Virus record (IMG/VR): IMGVR_UViG_3300009467_000020
Coordinates: 1-53,537 of that record
Length of the DNA: 53,537 nucleotides
Strand: one strand, 5' to 3'
Source of the DNA: a virus
Lineage: Duplodnaviria > Caudoviricetes
In this document: one piece after another, positions 1-9,678 of the stretch
Layout: each line of letters opens with the position of its first letter
Numbering within the stretch: the first letter of the stretch is position 1
The notes under the pieces: model-generated
What the model was told of the DNA's origin: nothing
The model's input: only the letters and a program-made list of their open reading frames with translations
The model's database searches: none
Made by a program: the position numbers and the translations under genes

Positions 1-250
1 GGCAAGTAAGCAGAAGTTAAGCCCTAAGGCAGCAAAAGATAAGGCTGCTAGAGACTTGAAAGCTGCTAAGACTCCTGAAAGAAGGGCTAAGAAAAACGAA
101 AATCAAAAAAAACGCATAGCTGCCGGTAAGAAGTTTGGTAAGCTATGGTTATTAGGTAAGGATTACGACCATAAAGACGGGAAGTTTAAGTCAGTAAGCG
201 CAAACAGAGGTAATGACGGTAACGGAACTAAAAGAGAAGGTAAGAAATAA
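1..250 (+). CDS. 5'-truncated small basic protein with a degenerate HNH-like motif
   Basis: Frame is open from position 2 (ASKQKLSPKAAKDKAARDLKAAK...), so the true start is upstream of the window. DYDHKDG...SANRG resembles a reduced phage HNH motif. Confidence 0.55.
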   Translation, partial: ASKQKLSPKAAKDKAARDLKAAKTPERRAKKNENQKKRIAAGKKFGKLWLLGKDYDHKDGKFKSVSANRGNDGNGTKREGKK

Positions 251-258
251 CAAAAGAC

Positions 259-570
259 ATGGCATTTAGGCTATTTAATAAAAAGAAACATATCAATTCT
301 GCAAGGTCAACTAAAACTTACCTTGGTTTAGATGAAAGTGGTGAAATTACATCGTTCAATAAAGCACCGCTATACGAGGGACATAAAGAATCCACTCATT
401 ATATGGTGGACAACAATAAAAGAACTGCGTGGCCTTCTATAACAGAGGATGGCAGTGGTGGTTATAAAAAACAATCAAGAAAACAGGCTAGAAAAGCTGG
501 AGAGGTGTATAAATTTTTAACAAAAAAGAAAACCAGAGAGTTTGCTAGAGAAGGAAATTGGAAGAAATAA
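259..570 (+). CDS. small basic hypothetical protein
   Basis: 103-aa Lys/Arg-rich ORF with an A-rich leader, in line with its neighbours. Confidence 0.7.
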   Translation: MAFRLFNKKKHINSARSTKTYLGLDESGEITSFNKAPLYEGHKESTHYMVDNNKRTAWPSITEDGSGGYKKQSRKQARKAGEVYKFLTKKKTREFAREGNWKK

Positions 571-578
571 CAAAAGGC

Positions 579-752
579 ATGAAAGGAGTTGCACATTACA
601 AGAAAGACGGTACACTTTACAGGGGTACTAACACACATAAAGACGCTAAGGGTAAGCTAATGTCTGGTAAGAACCATACAGCTAGTAGTCAGTACTTATT
701 TCATGCTAAAGAGCTGTCAAAGACAGTACAAAAGAAACTAAAAACCAAATAA
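579..752 (+). CDS. small His/Lys-rich hypothetical protein (MKGVAHYKKDG...)
   Basis: ATG at 579 preferred over the overlapping TTG at 558. Resembles small basic proteins common in marine phages (recall). Confidence 0.65.
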   Translation: MKGVAHYKKDGTLYRGTNTHKDAKGKLMSGKNHTASSQYLFHAKELSKTVQKKLKTK

Positions 753-753
753 T

Positions 754-2247
754 ATGGCAATAAATTACACATATCCAGTAAAGGCACAAGCTATACCAGA
801 TGATGAGGTCTTAATCATTGACAGTACGGATAAAATTACAAGAAGAACATCGATTAAAAGTATACTTGCACTAGGAACAGGTGGCGGTAGTGGTGGTGTT
901 ACAACATTTCAAGCTACAAATGGTACTTTCATAAATTTCACGCCAAATACTGCAACATTAGGAAGTATTACATTGACAGGTGATTTATCTGCATCAGGTA
1001 CAGCAGGCACAGCTACATTCCTTAGAGGCGATAACACGTGGTCTACAGCAATTACCAATGTTATTGGTTTAGACCCAATAAGTGTTAGTGTGGCTAGTGG
1101 AGTTGCTACAGTCTCTATAGGTACATTTGTAAGTGTAGTTAACGGAGGAACAGGTTTAACTGCACTAGGAACTAGGAGTCAGGTTATGGCTGTAAATAGC
1201 ACGGCTACAGCTTTAGAGTATGTACCTCAGCAGGTGGTAGAAACTATAAAAGCGGCTGAAGCTGTAGATAAAGGTGATCCTGTATATGTAGTAGGATTTG
1301 ATTCTGGTAATTCTATAGCTACAGTAGGTAGAGCTGATGCAGATGATCCTAGTAAGATGCCTAGTATTGGTATTGTCACAAGCACATTGCCTATTAATGG
1401 TATAGGGGAAATGATGGTTGTTGGTGCTATTGAATCGGTTGATGTTAACGCAATAACTTCTGTAGGTCCAAACCCATTAGTTAACGATAAAATATACGTA
1501 AAAGGTGGCGGTGGTTTAACTTCTATAAAACCTACTGGAACCCAATTAATACAAAACGTAGGTATAGTACTAAAAGCAGGTGCTCAAGGAGCTTTGCAAA
1601 TAACAGCAATCGGGAGGTCTAATGACTTACCTAATATACCGCAGGGTAATATTTGGGTAGGAGATTCTAGCGGTGTTCCAGATGCTTTACCTATAGGTGG
1701 TGTTGGTACTGTACTAACGTCAAACGGTACTTCCGCTTCGTGGTCTACTACTGGTGTCACAAACTACTTACCACTAGCTGGTGGGGCAATGACTGGGCCT
1801 ATAACTACTAATAGTACGTTTGATGGAAGAGATGTAGCCGCTGATGGTGTTACTGCTGATGCAGCGTTACCTAAAGCTGGTGGTACGATGACTGGAAGTA
1901 TATTTGACGTTTCTTTAGTGCAATTAAAAGAGCAAGTGTTACCAGACGCTTCAGGTAATCCTACACCTACTTTTAATGCGGCAAATGGGGCATATGCTAA
2001 TATATCTGCAGATGATGCAATCACTACTTTTACTATATCTATAATGCCAAATGGTACTACTTCAAAATTATTTATTACTACGAGTCCTAATACTAGTGTA
2101 GGCCAATGGATAGACAGTAATAGCGCACAAGTTATATGGGCAGGCGGATCAGCTCCAACTTTAAATATAACTGGTGCTGTAGATGTTATAACGTTCGAGT
2201 TTAGTCAGGGAATAGTATACGCTTCTATAATTCAAGGTTACGCATAA
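754..2247 (+). CDS. tail fibre / virion appendage protein
   Basis: Gly/Thr/Ala-rich with FLRGDNTW, VVNGGTG and GTVLTSNGT fibre motifs and two LPxAGGxMTGxI repeats. Confidence 0.75.
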   Translation: MAINYTYPVKAQAIPDDEVLIIDSTDKITRRTSIKSILALGTGGGSGGVTTFQATNGTFINFTPNTATLGSITLTGDLSASGTAGTATFLRGDNTWSTAITNVIGLDPISVSVASGVATVSIGTFVSVVNGGTGLTALGTRSQVMAVNSTATALEYVPQQVVETIKAAEAVDKGDPVYVVGFDSGNSIATVGRADADDPSKMPSIGIVTSTLPINGIGEMMVVGAIESVDVNAITSVGPNPLVNDKIYVKGGGGLTSIKPTGTQLIQNVGIVLKAGAQGALQITAIGRSNDLPNIPQGNIWVGDSSGVPDALPIGGVGTVLTSNGTSASWSTTGVTNYLPLAGGAMTGPITTNSTFDGRDVAADGVTADAALPKAGGTMTGSIFDVSLVQLKEQVLPDASGNPTPTFNAANGAYANISADDAITTFTISIMPNGTTSKLFITTSPNTSVGQWIDSNSAQVIWAGGSAPTLNITGAVDVITFEFSQGIVYASIIQGYA

Positions 2248-2272
2248 AATAAAACAAACAAAATAATATAAC

Positions 2273-2575
2273 ATGTCAAACACAAGTAAAGGAATAGGTC
2301 AAGATAGATTAGCAGGAACATTTGGTAGTAAGTACTTAGCTGCAACTACTGTCCACACTAATCTTAATGCATATGCATTTATAGTACAAGAAGATGCTGT
2401 AATGGCTTTAATAGCTGGAGGCGATGGTTCTACGGCAGCAACGGGAATAGATTATCTTACTACTCAAGCACTAGGGTCTGTTACTCTAAAGCAAGGTACT
2501 TTAATAACCGCACCTCAAGGTGAGTTGTTTCAAAATATAACAATTACTTCTGGTTCTGTAATAGCTTATTCGTAA
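2273..2575 (+). CDS. small beta-rich virion protein
   Basis: 100 aa ending ITITSGSVIAYS, coupled to the next gene by TAATG. Confidence 0.65.
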   Translation: MSNTSKGIGQDRLAGTFGSKYLAATTVHTNLNAYAFIVQEDAVMALIAGGDGSTAATGIDYLTTQALGSVTLKQGTLITAPQGELFQNITITSGSVIAYS

Positions 2576-3954
2576 TGCCGTTCTTGTCTGCATCGGGAGT
2601 GAGCCCGTATAATAAGATTAGAGTTGGGAGTGGGGGTGGGGTTGAATTACCTTTCGCTTTTGATAATGCCTTAGAGTTTGACGGGGTTAATGATTATGTT
2701 GATTTAGGGTCAGGGGCCGCTGTACTTTCTACTGCTTTTGAATGGACTATATCGTTATGGATAAAACCGAGCAAAACAGGTGTAAGTTTAGGTGGTGATA
2801 ACTCTTCAGCAAACGATTTATTATACCTTATAAATTCTACATTATTTAGAGTTCAATTTGCTGGTGGAAGTGCTGCATTATCGAGGCTTAATTTTACAAT
2901 ACCTACCGTAACATTAAATCAATGGCATCATGTATGTATTACAAAAGATAGTAGTAACGATGTCAGGGTGTATTGGAATGGCGTAGAAAGCGTAACGGGA
3001 GCCCTCCCAACAAATGACACTATACGAATTTATCAACTAGGCTCTTATAGGAGAGTGGGGTTATGGTTTGAAGGAGTTATGGATGAGTTTGGTTTAGACA
3101 TAACTACCGCAGCATCTTCATCGCAGGTTAGCGATTTATATAATGGCGGTAATGGTGCTTCGTTTTTAAAAGTAATGCCTTCCGCTAGAATTAACTATCA
3201 TTTCAACGAAGTTAGCGGCTCTAGTGTAGCAGTTGACGCAACTACTAACGGTAATGACGGAACACTAAACAATTTCAATACATCTACTTGTTGGGTAGCA
3301 CACGGTTTCGGTTTTGGGAATGCTTTAGATTTTGATGGGGTTAATGATTATGTTTCATTACCTACTTGGGGAACAACGACATCTAACCTAACTATATCGG
3401 TATGGCTAAATCTTACTAGTGCTAGTGGGTTACAAGCTGTAATCAGCAGTACGGCTTCGGATTTTTGCCACTTTCAGTTAAATTCAGGTGCAGTAGGAGG
3501 TTATATATACGGGCCTAATGTTCTTTTTAGCAGTACCACAAATTTTGGAGGTTCTAATTTAGGTACTTGGTTTCATGTTGTACTAACTTACGAATTAGGC
3601 ATAACTAAATTATATGTTAATGGTGTTTTAGAAACAACGTCATTTTCAAGCGCAACACCTATAACCGCACCAACGACTTTTAATATGGGTGTTGGTATTG
3701 GAGGAGGAAGGTTTTTACATGGGGTACTTGATGAAGTTGGTGTTGATAGGACAAAAACAGCTACGCAAGTGCAAGTAACAGCCCTTTATAATAGCGGAAA
3801 TGGTGATGATTTCACAACCGTAATGGGATCAAGTAACAATTATTACAAACTCAACGAAAGCGGCACAGACACCATAGCAGTTGATTCAAGTGGAAATGGA
3901 AACGATGGAACATTAACAAATTTTCCTGCATCTGGAATGTGGGTAGCACACTAA
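2575..3954 (+). CDS. tandem LamG/concanavalin A-like lectin-domain protein (putative receptor-binding)
   Basis: Two repeats of ALxFDGVNDYV...TISxW...WxHV...VYxNG...DE...LYNxGNG...DxxxNGNDGTL...WVAH. Confidence 0.85.
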   Translation: MPFLSASGVSPYNKIRVGSGGGVELPFAFDNALEFDGVNDYVDLGSGAAVLSTAFEWTISLWIKPSKTGVSLGGDNSSANDLLYLINSTLFRVQFAGGSAALSRLNFTIPTVTLNQWHHVCITKDSSNDVRVYWNGVESVTGALPTNDTIRIYQLGSYRRVGLWFEGVMDEFGLDITTAASSSQVSDLYNGGNGASFLKVMPSARINYHFNEVSGSSVAVDATTNGNDGTLNNFNTSTCWVAHGFGFGNALDFDGVNDYVSLPTWGTTTSNLTISVWLNLTSASGLQAVISSTASDFCHFQLNSGAVGGYIYGPNVLFSSTTNFGGSNLGTWFHVVLTYELGITKLYVNGVLETTSFSSATPITAPTTFNMGVGIGGGRFLHGVLDEVGVDRTKTATQVQVTALYNSGNGDDFTTVMGSSNNYYKLNESGTDTIAVDSSGNGNDGTLTNFPASGMWVAH

Positions 3955-3964
3955 ATAAACAACT

Positions 3965-4165
3965 ATGCAATACTACGGATACACAACAGACAAAACAAAA
4001 CTGCCAATAGACAACGTTTGGCTAAGTAGGAATGAACTAACCCTAAAAGACGATTCAATAGTCTATGGCTATGAAGGAGAAGATAGTGAAGTAGATGGAG
4101 TTGTTGTTATGACACGGAAAGACTTTAATGCTTGGGCTAAAGAAAACCTAAAGCAAGGAGTGTAG
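3965..4165 (+). CDS. hypothetical protein
   Basis: 66-aa ORF immediately after the LamG gene with an A-rich leader. Confidence 0.65.
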   Translation: MQYYGYTTDKTKLPIDNVWLSRNELTLKDDSIVYGYEGEDSEVDGVVVMTRKDFNAWAKENLKQGV

Positions 4166-4307
4166 ATTTTGGGTATGAAACCGAGAAGATAAGTTACGTT
4201 ATAGACCATAAGTATTGTCCTGACTAACTGCATGGATGGTTTCCTTTTAGCCGCTGTCAGCAGTACCGACTTAAATATTAAATAACAACCAAAAACAACA
4301 ACCAAAC

Positions 4308-4577
4308 ATGAGTGGAGAGATTATAGATGCGTTAATGAATAGTGGTGCTGGACTTGGAGGTGGGGGAGTATTAGGAGCTATTCTAGCAAAATATCTCGTC
4401 AATAAAGCAGAAAGAGAAGTTCGGTATATAAAAAAAGAGTTATCTGAAAACAAAGAGCTAGACTCTGCAAGAGACACAGCAATACAACTACTCAAGCTAG
4501 ATATGGAAAACAGAAAAAGTCTTATTGATAAGCTAGAAAGACAGATGGAAAATCTATATAATAAAGTAAATAAATAA
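4308..4577 (+). CDS. membrane-anchored coiled-coil protein (holin-like candidate)
   Basis: N-terminal Gly-rich hydrophobic helix (GAGLGGGGVLGAILAKYLV) followed by a heptad-rich coil. Confidence 0.55.
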   Translation: MSGEIIDALMNSGAGLGGGGVLGAILAKYLVNKAEREVRYIKKELSENKELDSARDTAIQLLKLDMENRKSLIDKLERQMENLYNKVNK

Positions 4578-4584
4578 TAAAATA

Positions 4585-4594
4585 GGTAATAATA
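4585..4594 (+). promoter_or_regulatory. candidate late promoter motif GTAAYWATA
   Basis: GGTAATAATA in intergenic DNA; the motif recurs at 4905, 11751, 20434 and 21272. Confidence 0.45.
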
Positions 4595-4628
4595 GAATTA
4601 TACACATAAAACTTAAACAACAAAAAAA

Positions 4629-4883
4629 ATGGCAAACGAAGTAATTAACTTAGGCACGGTATTTAGTGGTTTCGATAGCGGAACAGACTTACAACCAAAG
4701 AATACAAGAACAAATAACCAAGGTGTAAAAATCGAAGACATCGCAGGATTTATTAAAATAAAAACTACTGCTGGCGCTCCTACTTCAGGTGTAATAGGAG
4801 ATATGGTGTTTAATACATCTGACTCAAAAATATATATCTGTAAAACAGCAAACACTTTTGTAGCGACAGCAGCATTAACGTAA
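4629..4883 (+). CDS. small virion-associated protein
   Basis: APTSGVIGDMVFNTSDSKIYI motif typical of fibre/decoration modules. Confidence 0.6.
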   Translation: MANEVINLGTVFSGFDSGTDLQPKNTRTNNQGVKIEDIAGFIKIKTTAGAPTSGVIGDMVFNTSDSKIYICKTANTFVATAALT

Positions 4884-4904
4884 ACCTTATCTCCAGGTAA
4901 AAGG

Positions 4905-4914
4905 AGTAACAATA
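4905..4914 (+). promoter_or_regulatory. candidate late promoter motif upstream of groEL
   Basis: AGTAACAATA about 25 nt before the groEL ATG. Confidence 0.4.
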
Positions 4915-4938
4915 TAATCTAATCTAATCTAATAAAAT

Positions 4939-6477
4939 ATGTCTGACGGAATCGTTAAGAATTTAAACTTCGGAGACGAAGGTAAAAATAAAGTGTTTGA
5001 AGGTGTATCAAAATTAACACGTGCCGTTAGCTCTACATTAGGGGCTAGTGGTAAATGTGTTATGCTTGAGGATGCATCTGGCAAACCATTAATAACAAAG
5101 GATGGTGTAACTGTAGCAGATTTAATTACGCTACTAGATCCTGTAGAAAACATGGGTGCAACGCTTCTAAAGGAAGCTGCTAGGCAAACCGTAAAAGAAG
5201 CTGGCGATGGAACAACAACGGCTACGGTACTAGCACACTCTATACTAAAGATCGCTTTCAATACAAAGGATTATAATTCTAGAGAAATAAGAGATGGTAT
5301 AAGCTCTGCTGTTGATAAGGTAGTTGGCTACCTAGAAAAGAAAGCAAAACCAGTCGAAGGATCAATGCTTAATCATGTAGCTACAATATCATCTAACAAT
5401 GATAAATACCTAGGCGATATTATAGCTAGTACGTTTGAAAAGGTTGGTGATAACGGAGTAGTTAGCATGGAACTATCAAACGATGAAAAAACAACTGCAG
5501 ATATAGTTGATGGCGCAACCTTAAACAAGGGTCTTAAAAGCATGCACTTTGTGAATAACAAAGAAAAGGGTACTTGCGAATTAAACAATCCACTAGTACT
5601 TATAGTAGAGGACAAGATACCTAACGTAAGAAAGATACAAAGCATACTTGAGCATATTATCAAGGAAAAGAAAGAATTACTTATAATCGGTGATGCAGAT
5701 GAGCAGGTAATCACTGCATTGGCAATGAACGCTATGAAAGGTAATATCAAGGCCAATATAGTTGACGCACCAGATTACGGCATAAACAGGAAGCAGATAC
5801 TAGAAGACTTTGCTGCGTTAACTGGAGCTAAGGTTATAAATGAGGAATTAGGGGACGATATGGATCTGATTGAGTCAGATTATTTAGGAACATGCTTAAA
5901 GGTAACCACAGACAATGAAGAAACTATCTTACAAACTGAAGGCATTAATAATGACGTTGATGATCTTATTAAAAAGATTAATTCACAGCTTAAAGAAACT
6001 AGTGCTCCCTTTAAAAAGATTCAACTTGAAAAAAGGCTTTCAAGGCTTGCGGGCAAAGTTGGTGTTATTAAAGTTGGTGCTAACTCGGAAGTTGAATTAA
6101 AAGAAAAGAGTGATAGAGTAGAGGATGCAATATGTGCAACTAAAGCTGCTATCAAAGAAGGTATACTTCCAGGCGGTGGAATAGCACTATTAAATGCTAG
6201 TGATAAGATTAAAGCTAAGGGCGTAGGTGAAGAGATATTGCTAAGAGCTCTTAGAGCACCATTTGATATTATAATGGAAAACGCAGGGATGCAGGACTTT
6301 GAAGCACCTAAGGTTGAAGGCAAGGGATATAATGTGGTTACAGGAAAAATGGTAAATATGATTAACGCAGGAATAGTTGATCCTTTATTGGTAACTAAAA
6401 GTGCTTTGAAGAATGCTGCCTCTGTAGCGAATACGATACTAGCTACTGATTGTGTAATTAATAACTTAAGAGCATGA
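4939..6477 (+). CDS. groEL: phage-encoded chaperonin GroEL (Cpn60)
   Basis: ITKDGVTVA, AGDGTTTATVLA, RVEDAICATKAA, GILPGGG and GIVDP motifs; no C-terminal GGM tail. Confidence 0.97.
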   Translation: MSDGIVKNLNFGDEGKNKVFEGVSKLTRAVSSTLGASGKCVMLEDASGKPLITKDGVTVADLITLLDPVENMGATLLKEAARQTVKEAGDGTTTATVLAHSILKIAFNTKDYNSREIRDGISSAVDKVVGYLEKKAKPVEGSMLNHVATISSNNDKYLGDIIASTFEKVGDNGVVSMELSNDEKTTADIVDGATLNKGLKSMHFVNNKEKGTCELNNPLVLIVEDKIPNVRKIQSILEHIIKEKKELLIIGDADEQVITALAMNAMKGNIKANIVDAPDYGINRKQILEDFAALTGAKVINEELGDDMDLIESDYLGTCLKVTTDNEETILQTEGINNDVDDLIKKINSQLKETSAPFKKIQLEKRLSRLAGKVGVIKVGANSEVELKEKSDRVEDAICATKAAIKEGILPGGGIALLNASDKIKAKGVGEEILLRALRAPFDIIMENAGMQDFEAPKVEGKGYNVVTGKMVNMINAGIVDPLLVTKSALKNAASVANTILATDCVINNLRA

Positions 6478-6734
6478 AAGCAGTAGGAAAATATATACTA
6501 ATAGAGCCAGTTAAAGAAGGCGAAGTATCTACTAAGGGAGGTTTACTGTTAGCTGAAAATCACAGAGATAATATAAGATATAGAGAAGCTAAGGTTAAAA
6601 CCATAGGCACTTTAGTCGAAGGTGTTAAAGACGGAGACACTATCTATTATGATAGACATGCTGGATTTGATATGGAAATAGACAAGACTATTTATAAGGT
6701 CATAAAAGAGTTTGATGTTGTTGTAGTTTTATGA
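6474..6734 (+). CDS. groES: co-chaperonin GroES (Cpn10)
   Basis: ILIEP...TKGGLLL mobile loop, VKDGDTIYY; ATGA overlap with groEL. Confidence 0.9.
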   Translation: MKAVGKYILIEPVKEGEVSTKGGLLLAENHRDNIRYREAKVKTIGTLVEGVKDGDTIYYDRHAGFDMEIDKTIYKVIKEFDVVVVL

Positions 6735-7177
6735 GGAAGTTAGAGGCCAACGATGTACGAGACTTACACCTGTTAAAGCATTATCGGATAATACGACAAT
6801 GGGCTTGCAAAAACAACGGGTTGAACAATGCAGATTTAGAATTATTAATATATCTAGATTGCGTTGGCCTTTTTAACAGACTTGATTTTATAGACGGATC
6901 TTATTCATACAGTTGGGATAATAGAAGATGGGCTAAGTTAAAAGAACAAGGATGGATAAGTTTGTTTTCAGCTAGAAACAGGACAACTGTTAAGTCTAAC
7001 GTATATAAAGTATCTTTTAAAGGTAAGCAACTTATACATAGGATTTATAGAATTATGTTAGGAGAGGAGGATATACCCACCAGCACTAAACGTAACTCGA
7101 TAATGAAGGGTAAAAAATACACAGACAAGGTGCTTATAAAATCAATTAAAAACGTAAACAACGATAAATCATTATAA
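6731..7177 (+). CDS. hypothetical protein, possible winged-helix DNA-binding fold
   Basis: GLNNADLELLIYL and YKVSFKGKQL resemble MarR-like elements; ATGA overlap with groES. Confidence 0.55.
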   Translation: MRKLEANDVRDLHLLKHYRIIRQWACKNNGLNNADLELLIYLDCVGLFNRLDFIDGSYSYSWDNRRWAKLKEQGWISLFSARNRTTVKSNVYKVSFKGKQLIHRIYRIMLGEEDIPTSTKRNSIMKGKKYTDKVLIKSIKNVNNDKSL

Positions 7178-7178
7178 G

Positions 7179-8246
7179 ATGGGATACAAAACAAAATCTA
7201 TGCTTCATGTGTATAGTGCTGATAAACCTAAAGAAGACAAGACAAAGACTCCAGCAGCTAAGGGTTCTTATAGTAACCCGGGTAGTAACTTATTTCCTGC
7301 GTATAAGCCTAGAGTAACAGCAGCTACTAGTGTTGGCGGAAGTGATGCAGCTCAACTTGGTAATGTAGCGGCACAACTAGCATCTAAACTTATTGGCTCG
7401 GGTGCTGGTAGGTCTACTAGCAATTTTGATCGCAAGATAGAAGCAAAAAAAGAAAAAGGAAATTTGGCGGGTTCTGCAAGAGCAGAACGTAGAGAAGCTA
7501 AGTGGGATTATCGCCAAAAGAAAAGAGCTGCTAAAACACTAGCTAAAACAGAAGGCACGTATCTATCAAAGCGAAAAGAAAAGAAAAGAGTTGAAGGTTT
7601 AGATGCTTTTGATAGAGAGACCTACGATATGGAACAATCAGTAAAACCTACAAGAAGTGAGAGCATTGCTAGTGAACTCAAGGAGAATCAATTACGTAGA
7701 TTGAATGCTGCTAAAGAAGAAACTAAACCAGAGGGAGATACTGGTAGTAGCATAACAAATATTACAAATACTGGAACAGGGGCATTTAATCCAAAGACTA
7801 GGTTTACACTTGGTGGTAGTTTAAATAATGAAAACTGGAACAAGCTTGTTCCACCAAAACCTGTTTTTGGTAAAAATATTAATGTTAAAAATCCTAACGT
7901 GAATGTTAATGACCCTGGCGAAGGAGTTCCAACACCAACTAAAGAGTTAACTGAACCAAAACCAACAAAAAAACCTTTTAGTAATCTAGACTTTACACTT
8001 GCTAATGCTAAGATTGCTACCCAAAAAGAAAATGCTGAGAAAAAGGAAAATCCTACCCAAAATGAAAAAGATATAAGTAGAAAATACCATGAACAGAAAC
8101 TAAAAAAAGCTGAAGTAAACGTTGGGGCTGGTGAACAAGACAATAGCTATGACGCAGTTAAGAAGCGGGAAGAGATAGAGAAAAAATACGATAAATTAAA
8201 TGAAGATAGATTTAACATGGGATTTCCACCTCCAACCATAAACTAA
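7179..8246 (+). CDS. Lys-rich low-complexity protein
   Basis: 355-aa ORF rich in K/E/P/N, probably disordered. Confidence 0.7.
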   Translation: MGYKTKSMLHVYSADKPKEDKTKTPAAKGSYSNPGSNLFPAYKPRVTAATSVGGSDAAQLGNVAAQLASKLIGSGAGRSTSNFDRKIEAKKEKGNLAGSARAERREAKWDYRQKKRAAKTLAKTEGTYLSKRKEKKRVEGLDAFDRETYDMEQSVKPTRSESIASELKENQLRRLNAAKEETKPEGDTGSSITNITNTGTGAFNPKTRFTLGGSLNNENWNKLVPPKPVFGKNINVKNPNVNVNDPGEGVPTPTKELTEPKPTKKPFSNLDFTLANAKIATQKENAEKKENPTQNEKDISRKYHEQKLKKAEVNVGAGEQDNSYDAVKKREEIEKKYDKLNEDRFNMGFPPPTIN

Positions 8247-8261
8247 AATATAATAATAATT

Positions 8262-8507
8262 ATGAAAAACGTACTTTATCAATTAGGCGATACTGCCGCA
8301 AACTTAGAGGGTTCTACACCTGCAGAGCAGGCCTCAGTAGGCATGGGTAAGTCAACGCCAGCAGCTACGCCTGCAGCAACACCGCCAATAGCACCTGTGG
8401 CACCAGCGCCTGTAGCACCAGCAGTAGCAACTGATTCAAATTTTTCACCAAGTACTAAGGCTAACGCAGATTATATATATGGCAGTGAAACAGCCAGAGG
8501 ACTTTAA
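8262..8507 (+). CDS. Pro/Ala-rich small protein
   Basis: TPAATPAATPPIAPVAPAPVAPA low-complexity tract. Confidence 0.65.
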   Translation: MKNVLYQLGDTAANLEGSTPAEQASVGMGKSTPAATPAATPPIAPVAPAPVAPAVATDSNFSPSTKANADYIYGSETARGL

Positions 8508-8517
8508 AACAAATATT

Positions 8518-8724
8518 ATGAAAAAAGAAAAACGAATGTATGCCCCAGCACAAGGAAGTGATGCAATATGGGATGGACCTCTAGATTTAAGCTCAATGCC
8601 AAAAGGCAAAGGTTCTAGTAGAGGAGCAAATGGTATAAAGCTATTAGCGCATAATGCACCTGCTTATATATCAGGACCTATATCTAAGATAGCAGAAGGT
8701 ACACGCGGTCTAGGCATGAACTAA
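8518..8724 (+). CDS. small hypothetical protein
   Basis: ATG at 8518 after an A-rich leader avoids overlap; contains AIWDGPLD...GKGSSRG. Confidence 0.65.
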   Translation: MKKEKRMYAPAQGSDAIWDGPLDLSSMPKGKGSSRGANGIKLLAHNAPAYISGPISKIAEGTRGLGMN

Positions 8725-8891
8725 TGGATGTAGCAGATTTGAAGATATGGCTACTTAGCAGTATCGTCATGTTCATGACATTGACAGATATAGAGGTAAT
8801 ATTAAAAATATTTTTATTAATCTTAACAATAGCATATACTTCATATAAGTGGTTTTATTTTTATAAAAAGAAGAAGTATGAGAATAAGTAA
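8724..8891 (+). CDS. putative holin (55 aa, not in ORF track)
   Basis: MDVADLKIWLLSSIVMFMTLTDIEVILKIFLLILTIAYTSYKWFYFYKKKKYENK: two hydrophobic segments and a basic tail. TAATG-coupled and overlaps the endolysin start. Confidence 0.7.
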   Translation: MDVADLKIWLLSSIVMFMTLTDIEVILKIFLLILTIAYTSYKWFYFYKKKKYENK

Positions 8892-9336
8892 ACATATATC
8901 ATATAAAGAAGGTATAAGAAGTTCTACGGCGAGCCGCATGGGCATAGATAACTACCCTAACGCCACTCAATTACTTAATATGACATTACTGTCAGAGGAA
9001 ATATTTGAGCCGCTTAGAGAGTACGTAGGAGGTCCTATACGGATCAACAGCTTCTTTAGGTCTGAAAAATTAAACAGAGCACTTGGGGGAAGCTTCACTT
9101 CTCAGCATTGTAAAGGCGAAGCTTTTGATTTAGATGATTCTTACGGCCACAAGACTAATGCCGAAATGTATGAGTTCATCAAAAACAATTTGTCTTATGA
9201 TCAGCTTATATGGGAATTTGGTTCAGATGAGAATCCAGACTGGATACATGTGTCTTATGTCTCTGAAGAAGAGAATAGAAATATGCGGCTAAAAGCTTAC
9301 AAGCACAATGGTAGAACTAAATATAAATCAATATAA
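8878..9336 (+). CDS. peptidase M15 family endolysin
   Basis: INSFFRS...LNRALGG...SQHCKGEAFD...WIHVSY zinc-binding motifs. Confidence 0.9.
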   Translation: MRISKHISYKEGIRSSTASRMGIDNYPNATQLLNMTLLSEEIFEPLREYVGGPIRINSFFRSEKLNRALGGSFTSQHCKGEAFDLDDSYGHKTNAEMYEFIKNNLSYDQLIWEFGSDENPDWIHVSYVSEEENRNMRLKAYKHNGRTKYKSI

Positions 9337-9656
9337 TGCCTTATACGCAATACGGCAGTCCTTTCTTAGCTAAAAGCAAGCCACCAGCTCCTTCAAAGAA
9401 AAAGTCTTTAGGTTATTACAATAAAGCAAATCCTACAGGTACAGGAACTGATGCCGGCGGTGGTATGACTGCTAAGGGCGTTGCTAAATACAAAAGAGAT
9501 AATCCAGGCAGTAAGTTAAAGACAGCTGTAACTAAAGACCCTTCTAAAATTAAAAAGGGCAGCAAGGAAGCTGGAAGAAGAAAATCTTTTTGTGCTAGGT
9601 CCAAAGGCTGGAAAAGTGAGAGAGGGTTAGCAGCAAGAAGAAGATGGAATTGTTAA
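9336..9656 (+). CDS. basic protein, DUF6321-like
   Basis: NPGSKLKTAVT...RRKSFCARS...ARRRWNC pattern recalled from marine phage proteins. Confidence 0.7.
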   Translation: MPYTQYGSPFLAKSKPPAPSKKKSLGYYNKANPTGTGTDAGGGMTAKGVAKYKRDNPGSKLKTAVTKDPSKIKKGSKEAGRRKSFCARSKGWKSERGLAARRRWNC

Positions 9657-9678
9657 TAGTAAATAAATAAATAATATC

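Noticed and set aside
2575-3954. Diversity-generating retroelement template/variable repeat pair
   Set aside because: The repeats differ widely rather than only at adenines, and no reverse transcriptase is in the window.
4929-6323. Antisense and alternate-frame ORFs over groEL, and similar shadow ORFs over other long genes
   Set aside because: They lie entirely within well-supported genes and have no recognisable motifs.
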